Positions 48,235 through 57,121 of a DNA stretch of 64,000 nucleotides are shown here, piece after piece. The position numbers and the translations under genes were made by a program. Source of the DNA: a virus. The stretch lies in IMG/VR virus record IMGVR_UViG_3300005096_000103, positions 32,001-96,000 of that record; one strand, given 5' to 3'. Below the pieces are notes generated by a model. That model was not told the origin of the DNA. It made no database searches and worked only from the letters and a program-made list of their open reading frames with translations. Each line of letters begins with the position of its first letter. The stretch's first letter is position 1.

Positions 48235-49341
48235 ATGCTTACAGACGATCTCGTAGAAAAAATGGCTAAGCTAGGTAAACAACGTTCTACACCTGTACCC
48301 TCTGGCTACCCTGTCAATCTATCGTTCGAGCTGAAGATGGCTCGTATCGCTAACCTGTTGAAGATGCCCTCTATCCCTAAGATCCCTAACGTCGTAGGAT
48401 CTTCTACTAAGGGTCTCGGGGACTCGGTATCTGCTTCAGCAAAGTCATTCTCTGCAAGTTCATTATCTCCAAAGTCGTTATCACCTAAGACTAACTTTAA
48501 GCCTATTGCAGCTCCTAAGCCTAAGCTACCTGCTACAGCGTCTAGCATAGCACCGGCAAAGAAACTGCAAGGTGGTAGTGCAGACTGGACCGCATCGGTA
48601 AAGTCAGCAAAAGTTACAGAAGTAGATGTCTTTAAGCTCACTAGGAAGCAAAAGGATATACAGCTGTGGAAGGACTGGAAGCACAGTGGACATAAGCCTG
48701 GAGCATTAAAGCCGCTGATGTCTGCGCTAGCCCCTGTTATTTTTAGCCAGACTAAGATGTGGAAAGGTCAAGTTCCAGACTACGCCCTAGATCGTACAGC
48801 TCAAAGCCTGGCGCTCAAAGCATTGTATAGTTACGACCCTAATAAAGGCGCGGCGCTCAATACACACGTAACAAATGGTCTGCGTAAGATAAGCAGGACC
48901 GTCTACCAGAACCAAGATATTATAAGACTACCTGAAGATAAAAAGCTTGAGAGTCAAGCCATCTTCAAATCAACTCAGGCTCTAGAGGACGAGCTAGGAC
49001 GGACGCCTTCCGATATGGAACTAGCCGATGATCTAGGGTGGAATGTCAATAAAGTCCGAAAGTCACAGGGACTCGGGGTTAACGAGTTGGTATCTAGTCT
49101 CGATGCAGGTGGTTTGTCTTTAGGGGATAATGGCGACTCTGATCGTAAACTGCGTGATACGATACATTACGTATACGCGGGATTACCTCCTACTGACCAA
49201 GTCATCTTTGAGCATTCAACTGGGTTTAGCGGAAAGCCTCGCAAGACAGCACTGCAGATATCTAAGATGGTTAAGATGTCACCTGGGCAAGTTCACCAGC
49301 GTAAGAAATCAATAGCTGATATGCTAAAGAAGGTGATGTAA
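48235..49341 (+). CDS. Sigma70-family RNA polymerase sigma factor with a low-complexity N-terminal extension
   Basis: Region 2 ALKALYSYDPNKGAALNTHV; region 3 LEDELGRTPSDMELADDLG; region 4 LPPTDQVIF...TALQISKMVKMSPGQVHQ. Confidence 0.85.
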   Translation: MLTDDLVEKMAKLGKQRSTPVPSGYPVNLSFELKMARIANLLKMPSIPKIPNVVGSSTKGLGDSVSASAKSFSASSLSPKSLSPKTNFKPIAAPKPKLPATASSIAPAKKLQGGSADWTASVKSAKVTEVDVFKLTRKQKDIQLWKDWKHSGHKPGALKPLMSALAPVIFSQTKMWKGQVPDYALDRTAQSLALKALYSYDPNKGAALNTHVTNGLRKISRTVYQNQDIIRLPEDKKLESQAIFKSTQALEDELGRTPSDMELADDLGWNVNKVRKSQGLGVNELVSSLDAGGLSLGDNGDSDRKLRDTIHYVYAGLPPTDQVIFEHSTGFSGKPRKTALQISKMVKMSPGQVHQRKKSIADMLKKVM

Positions 49342-50127
49342 GTGCAACGTACAGTGTTTAAAGGTCCACCTGAGAAGAGGGTTAGGGTTAAAAACCTAGG
49401 GATCTTAACAAAGACGGATCCTAGAGCTGTACTACTAGACGCTAAGCTGCGCGGTGGTGGTAGACAGTGGCTCCACTGGAGAGCTGCGACTAAGTTAGCC
49501 CAGTTGCTACAAGCCGCGTGGTCTGTAACCCCTGATCTAAGGGCAGTGTCCTGTCTAAGAGACCCAAAGAAAGATACTAAGGAAGAGTGGATAGCTAAGA
49601 TCAAAGCCTTTGACATTACGCCATCAGCCAGAGCGCCTAACGGTCCTAGAAAATACTGGAAGGTGACAGATCAAACAGAAGATCAATCTAGGAAACGGTT
49701 ATTCAGATTCAGAGCGTATAACAGTGGTCACGAAACCGGGCTATCTGTTGACTTTGCGTCTAGGTCAGAGGGTCTAGGGACCAACAGTAAACGTATCCAC
49801 TTTTATAGGGGTACACAGGTTTACGCGTGGCTAGCTTCCAACGCTATTAACTACGGGTTCACACCTTATAATAACGAACCGTGGCATTGGGAGTTATTCC
49901 TAACTCGCAAAGAATGGTTAGAGCTGCCTGACGGCGGATTCGTGATGCCAGACGCTTATGCGGCTAGAGCTACAGGCTTTAGTAGCGTCACACGTTATGA
50001 CGCCTATCAAAGTGCAAAAGACCCTCTAGCTGCAGACGTTCCTCTCGATAAAAAAATAGTTTACAAGATAGACCACGTACGTAGTATCGGAAAACTCTTT
50101 GACTTTGACTTAAACGTCTGGAGATAG
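49342..50127 (+). CDS. M15-family (VanY-like) Zn peptidase, probable peptidoglycan hydrolase
   Basis: SGHETGLSVDF (SxHxxGxxxD) and NEPWHWE; WLASNAINYGF. Confidence 0.85.
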   Translation: MQRTVFKGPPEKRVRVKNLGILTKTDPRAVLLDAKLRGGGRQWLHWRAATKLAQLLQAAWSVTPDLRAVSCLRDPKKDTKEEWIAKIKAFDITPSARAPNGPRKYWKVTDQTEDQSRKRLFRFRAYNSGHETGLSVDFASRSEGLGTNSKRIHFYRGTQVYAWLASNAINYGFTPYNNEPWHWELFLTRKEWLELPDGGFVMPDAYAARATGFSSVTRYDAYQSAKDPLAADVPLDKKIVYKIDHVRSIGKLFDFDLNVWR

Positions 50128-50168
50128 AATAGTGTATACTGGACTCCTTTTGAGGGGAGTGTGACACC

Positions 50169-50612
50169 TTGGCAAATACAAAAGACGACATTTGGGTTAA
50201 CCTATTTAGTGACGAACTCAATCAGGTGCAGTTCTCCTTTGGGTTAGGGGCGGGAGAGATACAGCGTGTATCAGGTAAGACACGCGTGCTTATGCAGTGG
50301 GTCAAAGTCCTTATGACCCGCCCAGGCTCTAATATCTTTGATCTTAACTACGGTACAGTGTTCAGCGAGCTTGTAAACTCTAATACTTCTGACGACGCAT
50401 ACGCTCGTGAAGTTGGAGCGGCTGGTATAGACCAGGCAACGGCAATTATAAAAAAGAATCAGTTAGGTAAGAGTTTCCCTGCAGGTGAGCGTCTAGAAAA
50501 CCACGAACTCCTCTCATTCGAAAAGTTGTCTGATACGAGCGTGTCCTTCATCGTGTCTCTCGTAAACGAACTCGGTGAGTCTATGTTGGTTGGCATTAGA
50601 ACAGGAAGTTGA
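50169..50612 (+). CDS. Baseplate wedge protein, T4 gp25-like
   Basis: 147 aa; VLMTRPGSNIFDLNYGT; directly upstream of baseplate J. Confidence 0.75.
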   Translation: MANTKDDIWVNLFSDELNQVQFSFGLGAGEIQRVSGKTRVLMQWVKVLMTRPGSNIFDLNYGTVFSELVNSNTSDDAYAREVGAAGIDQATAIIKKNQLGKSFPAGERLENHELLSFEKLSDTSVSFIVSLVNELGESMLVGIRTGS

Positions 50613-50615
50613 TAA

Positions 50616-53090
50616 ATGGCCACTGTAACGTTATCTGCGTCTGACATACAGAAAGCTGAAGAGTTTGTAGCTAGCTTCTTAGCAGCTGAAAACCCTGATG
50701 CTGACTACTCTAAAGGTTCAACCCTCCGAGATCTCGCGGTACGCGGTATCGCTATCTCATATGCGTACCTCACCTCACTATCTGATAAGGTACGCACGCT
50801 CTCAAGAATCAAAGAGATAGCTGTTATCACTGACGATGAAGAGCGTGCTGAGGCTATAATCAATTTCTCAGCTAACTTCTTTCTCACGCCACGAGCTGGT
50901 CGATACGCCCAGGGTTTAGTAGATATCTACTTTGATAAGCCCGTGTTTGGTGTTGTACCTAGCGCGTCTATATTCACGTTCAATTCTACGATTAACTACG
51001 TCCTTAACAACTTAGGTCAGCCACTAATCTTTGACACTGGAGATCTGACTACCGTATCCGTAGGTTTAGGGGGCAATACTCAGGTCCTGTATACGCTTCG
51101 TGTCCCTATCATAGCACTGAAAGTTGGAACTAGCTCACACATCGTTCCTCAAGTAGCTAGCAACTTTACTAGATTTCTCGCTGAAATAGTAAAAGTCGAA
51201 TCTATAGAGCCTATCACAAACGGTAGTGACGTTGAAGATGCTGATGTTTTCTTAGAGCGGATCCCTAACGCAATAACTGTAAGGAATCTACTGACTGAAC
51301 GTTCAATAACTACAGTTCTCACAGAAGGTTATCCACAGATAAGCTCACTCACTGTCATCGGCGCTGAAGACAGTGAGATGACTCGGGATATATCTCCCAT
51401 CTCCACAGAAGCTTTACCAATACACACAGGTGGTTCTGTAGACATTTTTGTTGATACTGGGATCATCACTACAGTATTCGAGGGTCTTATAGGTTCTCCA
51501 GCTACAGAGCGCTCCCCCTTGATTACAGTCTTCCGTGACTTACAGCTTATCGATATGGGAGTTGACTGGCGTGGTATGGTCGAACCAGGGGATACACTAC
51601 GAATCTACAATACTGAGGGGTCTGAGCCTAGCCTCTATCTAATACATAATGTTAGCGGTTACTTCCTCAGAGTCCAGGACCTCTTGCCGTTCAAGACGGC
51701 CAGGCCTGTAATCCTGCATAACGGAACCCGCTATGAGGAGTGTACACTCGTTGTTGCGACACTTATACTTACAGTCCCCTATACAAAGTTCACGAGTAGT
51801 GACATCGGTAACTTTGTATACCTCTGGGCTGCGGGTGATGCCTACTACAAAGAGATCAAATCCATCGTCAATCTGACCAGTCAAGGTTATGGGGACGTAG
51901 AACTAATTGACGTTGAAGGCGACCTCGCTACGTTTGCTACTAGTGGCATATCTGTGAGTGCATATGACTCTAAGGTCGAGTACTCTATTGGAGACGATGC
52001 TCCTACATACGCTAATAAGATGAGCAAGCGAGACTTTGGCCAGATAACTCGTAGTTACTTCTCGCCTGATGGAGTTATACTTACCGGGCTCCCAATATAC
52101 AAGATACACAGTGTAACACTCGTAGATACCACAAATCTTGCTGCATCTGCCGAAGTAGGTGGGGCGTCATTCGTAACTAGAGTTAATGTTCCACCAGAGA
52201 TGAAAGCAGATAAGACGCTCAACTATGAGTATCAAGCTATCAGCTTTGCCCCTAACTACCACCAGTCTACTAAAAGCTCGACACTAATACGTGTAGGCCC
52301 TGTGGACTCTAGAGGTGGCAACCAAGGCTCACTCGCTGTAACGAATGCTGCAACTCGGCAGGGCGTCTTTTCTAGTTTAGCTCCTGACTTTACTGTAGCA
52401 GACGTAGGCCTTGAGATCCTAGTGACCAAGGCGTTCAACCCTGGAAACGCAGGGCTTTATACGATTGATAGTGTCATAGACTCTAAGAACGTAAACGTAA
52501 CTAAAAACTCAAGGCACTATGATCCTGATGCTTTGGCTAATGAGATAAACTTAACCTGGGAAGTTATCGCGTCTAGTCGCGTTAGCGGATTACTACGTGT
52601 TACCTACGACACACTGAGTAACTTTAGTAGCCTGGCTGCATACGTTCAAGATTCTCCAGATCGTGTTGTAGCCTCAAGCCCGTTAGTTAAAGGCTACCAC
52701 CCTGTCTACCTTAGCATGAGCTTGAACTACACTGTTAAGACTGGTGAAGACCCGCCTGACGAAAATCAGATGAAAGCCAGTGTTGTAGACTTCGTAAACA
52801 ACTTCCTGGCTACTGACGTACTCAACGTAGGAGATATTACTAGCTACCTACGTCGGGCATTTACGAGCATAGGAAATATACTGCAACCTGTTAAAGTGGA
52901 CTACACGCTATACTCTCCCACAGGGGATGCTATCGTGTTCACTACCTACGACATAGTTGAAATATCCTCTACTAGTCTACTCTCTGCTTCGGACAGCGCA
53001 CTCTACTCCCTCGCTAAGAAATACGGGGTTAGTGATCGAACTGTGAGATATGTCTGTACCCGCAGTGACATCTCCCTCCTGAAGGTGTAA
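50616..53090 (+). CDS. Baseplate J-like protein with inserted beta-rich repeats
   Basis: DYSKGSTLRDL, ITNGSDVEDADVFLERI; C-terminal P2 gpJ-like region. Confidence 0.75.
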   Translation: MATVTLSASDIQKAEEFVASFLAAENPDADYSKGSTLRDLAVRGIAISYAYLTSLSDKVRTLSRIKEIAVITDDEERAEAIINFSANFFLTPRAGRYAQGLVDIYFDKPVFGVVPSASIFTFNSTINYVLNNLGQPLIFDTGDLTTVSVGLGGNTQVLYTLRVPIIALKVGTSSHIVPQVASNFTRFLAEIVKVESIEPITNGSDVEDADVFLERIPNAITVRNLLTERSITTVLTEGYPQISSLTVIGAEDSEMTRDISPISTEALPIHTGGSVDIFVDTGIITTVFEGLIGSPATERSPLITVFRDLQLIDMGVDWRGMVEPGDTLRIYNTEGSEPSLYLIHNVSGYFLRVQDLLPFKTARPVILHNGTRYEECTLVVATLILTVPYTKFTSSDIGNFVYLWAAGDAYYKEIKSIVNLTSQGYGDVELIDVEGDLATFATSGISVSAYDSKVEYSIGDDAPTYANKMSKRDFGQITRSYFSPDGVILTGLPIYKIHSVTLVDTTNLAASAEVGGASFVTRVNVPPEMKADKTLNYEYQAISFAPNYHQSTKSSTLIRVGPVDSRGGNQGSLAVTNAATRQGVFSSLAPDFTVADVGLEILVTKAFNPGNAGLYTIDSVIDSKNVNVTKNSRHYDPDALANEINLTWEVIASSRVSGLLRVTYDTLSNFSSLAAYVQDSPDRVVASSPLVKGYHPVYLSMSLNYTVKTGEDPPDENQMKASVVDFVNNFLATDVLNVGDITSYLRRAFTSIGNILQPVKVDYTLYSPTGDAIVFTTYDIVEISSTSLLSASDSALYSLAKKYGVSDRTVRYVCTRSDISLLKV

Positions 53091-53092
53091 TT

Positions 53093-56000
53093 ATGAGCGA
53101 ATTCCCTGGAGACGAAGACACCTATCTTAAGAACCTCGATTCATTCTGGACAGAGCTATTCACTGATACACCTATCCTAAACTCTATGTACCGTGGAGCT
53201 GAGGCCTTAATGGCTGAGTCGTACTTCACTCTCCTCCGGGAAGCTGCGTCGACTACTCTACAAAATACCCCTATCTATGCCCGCGAGTACTTCTCCGTCA
53301 TCTCATTCGTTGAGAGTGATCTTAAACTCGTTACTAGCGCAGGTACAACGTTCTATACATTCCTTCTCCCTGTGGGGGTGCAGTCTGTAGCGTTTATCAA
53401 AGATAGACCTCTAGATGAGAATACCATTCTAGAGAACGACCGAGACTATACAGTTAGCGATGTCACAACTATTATCCTGCCTGGAGCGCCATTAGAAGCT
53501 ACACGACGATTAATTTCGTTTTCAGCAAATCCTTTTGATATTGAAGGTGTAGCTACGACAATAGAGACGTTAACGTCTAATACACTTAACGCAGCAACAG
53601 ATGGGTTTGTGTCGGGTGGTCGACCACCTACGCACATCACATCATCATCTCTAGACCAGAATACACTGCTGAATAGTCGTAACTCGACCCGTCGTACATT
53701 TACGACGCTAGGGATAGTAGCGTCTCGTAGAACCTCCACGTTCTACCAGGGAAACATCTCTTGGCTTGAAGCTCCGTCACCTGTTTTCAGTGTAGAGCAC
53801 GTCGGCCTAACAATCAGAGTCTATGACTCTGGTGGACTTATTGGAACTGGAAAGGTCACTGGCGTATTCTCATCTCGCGTAGTAACTACAGACACGAGCT
53901 ACGTTACTTTAGATCCTACCGTAAGCTTCGAGCTGGTTAACCCTGACTTACTCTCTAGTACAGTAGGCTACGAGATTGTAATACAGGATAGCTACAACCC
54001 CGCTAACTCGGGTATATACACTGTAAGTTCTGTGACTAACGGACTCTCTGTAGTTTTGGACAGGCCACTGAGCTATCTATCTACTGCTCTACAGACTCAA
54101 ACGCTATGTACGCGGGTTGGTAGTATAGTATCTATATTGACTGGACTAACACGGGTAACCCTTAATGACGTGGGAAATTATATTTTCCTTAGCGACCAGA
54201 TTGGCGCAACAGGCTGGTTCCAGATCGTAACGGTTACCAGCCCTAACGTTGATAACTTCATGCAGGTAATTACTGTAGCAGAGTCGTTAGCAGCCTTCGA
54301 CTTGTTTAATCTAGTACTGAGTATTCATAGGATTCCAGTACAGTCTGCGAATATAGGCTGGATACTTCGTACACCCGCTAATGCTCGTAAGATCTCGTTA
54401 GTAGGCGTCGACGTACTTTACGATGATCTATCTCTAGCGTCAAAATACGGTGTACTTCTTGGTAAAGAAGAGGTCTCTAGTCTCACGTACAAAACTCTTC
54501 TCGAAGGCGTGTCACAATACTACTGGAAGGGCCCGACGATAAAAACGCTTTACTCTGCACTTAACTCTATGGCCTCGCTCCCTATAGTTAAAGAAGATAA
54601 AGAGACGCTAGTGAGTCTTGTAGACAACTCCGGTGTTACGACAGTCACTACTTCACTAAATACTTACATACTACCTACAGCACTAGTAAGAGATGATCTA
54701 CTGCTACCTGAGAACTCGTCCTACAAATTCTACAAACTTGAGCATCTAAGTAAAGCTATCATACTTGAAGACGATTATATAGACGAGACATGGCTCTACG
54801 GTAAAAAGCTGCCGACTAAGACGCTACCTCTAGCTACAGAAGCTCAGCGTCGCGTAGATACACGCCAGTATGTGACTACGTTTAATGGTAGCTGGAACTA
54901 CGGGGACATCGGTGTAAACTTCGGCAAGTCTACTGCGGGCGCGATATACCCTAACACAATCCTTAACTATCAAGACGCGTTCTTAGTCGCAGGGTCAACT
55001 GATACGCTTTTTTTCTCACTAGGAGCGTCAAAGATAACTCCCTCGCTTATCGGTAAGACTGTCTATATAAATGGAGAGCAGAATAGTATTAAAGCGGTCC
55101 TTAGTGACACACAGCTAACACTCACAAACCCTCTAGATACTACATACATCGCTAGTCTTACAGGCGATGGTTTTATGTTTGGAAACCAGCTTATATTCCT
55201 CCCTGCTAATAAACTTATCCTGGATAAGAAATACATTGGTGGGATAGTTAGATGGGTCGAAGGTCTAGGAACCGGTCTAAATGTTATCGACTCCTTAATA
55301 TGGGATAGCACTAGTGGATTCTATGTTAGCAACGTAGATGGTACCGCGGCTAACCATCCTATTAGAATCGTAACGTTCGATATGTCTATACCTGTAGTAA
55401 TACTTAACAAACCCCCAACACACCTCACGCTAGGTACAACTACAGCTAGCCTAGTGTCTTCAAATATATTCGGGGTGAGCTACGACCTGACTGATCTGTC
55501 TATAGACTCTGTTAACCTACAAGCGGACATCTCAGATATAGTGGTTAAAGGTCGACCAGCACACACTCTACTCCTTAACCAACCCTTTGCGCTCCTTAGT
55601 GACCTAGCTAGTTTCTCTGATGATCTACGTAGCTTATCTGTATTACCTGAAGAACTATTCAGAGTCATGTCTAACCCATTGACTATGAATGGGGGCTGGG
55701 TGTACGGAGACTCATACACACTAGTTAATGGGTACATAACCTGGAACAAACGGTATTTTGGTCCTGAAGTGTTAAATACTGTAGCTCTTCCTACAAACCC
55801 TTTCGACGCTAATGGTCTGATTCTGCACAGAGCTTTCGACGCTACATATGCAACCGAAGTTTATGTCTCTGCATACCTAAAGTCTGGTGGTGTAGCAGGA
55901 GTATACACACTAGAAGTTATGCTGTGGGATTCAGGTGCAAACATCTGGCTAGCAACAGGTATCATAAAGAGCGTGTCTAACGCTGCTGGGAGTCCTATTA

Positions 56001-56515
56001 CGATGTTCAACACTGGCGGAGCCCCTATAGCGTTCAAGCTTACACCTGTAGGTGCTGCTGTAATCTCTGATGTCTGTCTTGCTGTTGGGGCGCGCCGTGC
56101 ATTAGGTATCTTCGTTACACATAGCGCCTACACTCTATCCGGTTCAGCGGGGTCTATAATCCTCGGTAACAATGTTATGACTGACGCAGCGTCAACGTTC
56201 TTTGATCTTGACGTAGGGCGTGAAATTTCGCTTACGTACCCTGGATCGCCAGAAGTGTACGATAGCTGTCGGATAGTCTCGATACCTTCTCCGACGTCTG
56301 TGCGTTTGGTCTTTTCTTCTAGTAACCTCGACTATACAGCTCCTATGACCTCTGGTATAATCTCATGGAAGTTTAGAGCCCAGAGACGCTGGGGTCAAAC
56401 ACCTGTTGAGATAGGCTACACACTAACACCTAGCGTCCATAATCCAACAGGGACTGTCGCTGGAGATAATTTTATCGAAGAACTTCCAGTAGAAGTGAGC
56501 CTATTTGACACCTAA
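53093..56515 (+). CDS. Baseplate wedge/tail protein (P2 gpI-like) with repeated beta domains
   Basis: 1140 aa following baseplate J; YWKGPT..LYSALN segment; repeated x-D-V-G-x-x-I motifs. Confidence 0.55.
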   Translation: MSEFPGDEDTYLKNLDSFWTELFTDTPILNSMYRGAEALMAESYFTLLREAASTTLQNTPIYAREYFSVISFVESDLKLVTSAGTTFYTFLLPVGVQSVAFIKDRPLDENTILENDRDYTVSDVTTIILPGAPLEATRRLISFSANPFDIEGVATTIETLTSNTLNAATDGFVSGGRPPTHITSSSLDQNTLLNSRNSTRRTFTTLGIVASRRTSTFYQGNISWLEAPSPVFSVEHVGLTIRVYDSGGLIGTGKVTGVFSSRVVTTDTSYVTLDPTVSFELVNPDLLSSTVGYEIVIQDSYNPANSGIYTVSSVTNGLSVVLDRPLSYLSTALQTQTLCTRVGSIVSILTGLTRVTLNDVGNYIFLSDQIGATGWFQIVTVTSPNVDNFMQVITVAESLAAFDLFNLVLSIHRIPVQSANIGWILRTPANARKISLVGVDVLYDDLSLASKYGVLLGKEEVSSLTYKTLLEGVSQYYWKGPTIKTLYSALNSMASLPIVKEDKETLVSLVDNSGVTTVTTSLNTYILPTALVRDDLLLPENSSYKFYKLEHLSKAIILEDDYIDETWLYGKKLPTKTLPLATEAQRRVDTRQYVTTFNGSWNYGDIGVNFGKSTAGAIYPNTILNYQDAFLVAGSTDTLFFSLGASKITPSLIGKTVYINGEQNSIKAVLSDTQLTLTNPLDTTYIASLTGDGFMFGNQLIFLPANKLILDKKYIGGIVRWVEGLGTGLNVIDSLIWDSTSGFYVSNVDGTAANHPIRIVTFDMSIPVVILNKPPTHLTLGTTTASLVSSNIFGVSYDLTDLSIDSVNLQADISDIVVKGRPAHTLLLNQPFALLSDLASFSDDLRSLSVLPEELFRVMSNPLTMNGGWVYGDSYTLVNGYITWNKRYFGPEVLNTVALPTNPFDANGLILHRAFDATYATEVYVSAYLKSGGVAGVYTLEVMLWDSGANIWLATGIIKSVSNAAGSPITMFNTGGAPIAFKLTPVGAAVISDVCLAVGARRALGIFVTHSAYTLSGSAGSIILGNNVMTDAASTFFDLDVGREISLTYPGSPEVYDSCRIVSIPSPTSVRLVFSSSNLDYTAPMTSGIISWKFRAQRRWGQTPVEIGYTLTPSVHNPTGTVAGDNFIEELPVEVSLFDT

Positions 56516-56554
56516 GGCCCACGACTTATAAAACCACGTAAGGAGCTCAACCTG

Positions 56555-57106
56555 ATGGCCAACGGATTTATTAGTTACGGCCGGACACGTATATACCGAA
56601 TAACGGATGACGAGCGTGTATGTATTCTTGATAAGAGAAACCAGGTAACAACTGCGTTTCTTACAAATATTATGCGGCTTCTACTTCAGCGGGCCACAGA
56701 TCCTGCTGCAGTAGAGAACCAGTTGTTCTCTATATGGTTTGAAGCTAGTGCAGTCGCTCTTGCTAATCCCTCTATTACAGACACTGGGCCTGATGCAGCT
56801 TCCACAGTTGTAGCGCAGAAGATCGTGGCTGACGGTGACAAGATTGACAGCTCAGAAGGTTCAGACACTGTAGTAGCTGAGGTTAAAGCCTCCCTTGACA
56901 AACTAGAAGGAGTTGGGACAAGCATTGCGGGCTTTAGCTTATTTACAAAAGGTACACTAGCTGCGCCTCCAGCACCAGGAGGTTGGGTCCCAGGTACTGA
57001 TAACGTATGGTGTGTTGCACGCCAGGTCATAAGCCCCTTCGTTAAAACAGATAAATTCGCTCTTGAGATGAAGTGGGCGATAATCCTTAAAGCAGTAACC
57101 GTTTAA
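56555..57106 (+). CDS. Tail collar / fibre-attachment-like protein
   Basis: 183 aa, beta-rich, ending in FVKTDKFALEMKWAI, just before the fibre gene. Confidence 0.45.
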   Translation: MANGFISYGRTRIYRITDDERVCILDKRNQVTTAFLTNIMRLLLQRATDPAAVENQLFSIWFEASAVALANPSITDTGPDAASTVVAQKIVADGDKIDSSEGSDTVVAEVKASLDKLEGVGTSIAGFSLFTKGTLAAPPAPGGWVPGTDNVWCVARQVISPFVKTDKFALEMKWAIILKAVTV

Positions 57107-57121
57107 TCAAAGGCAACACTG

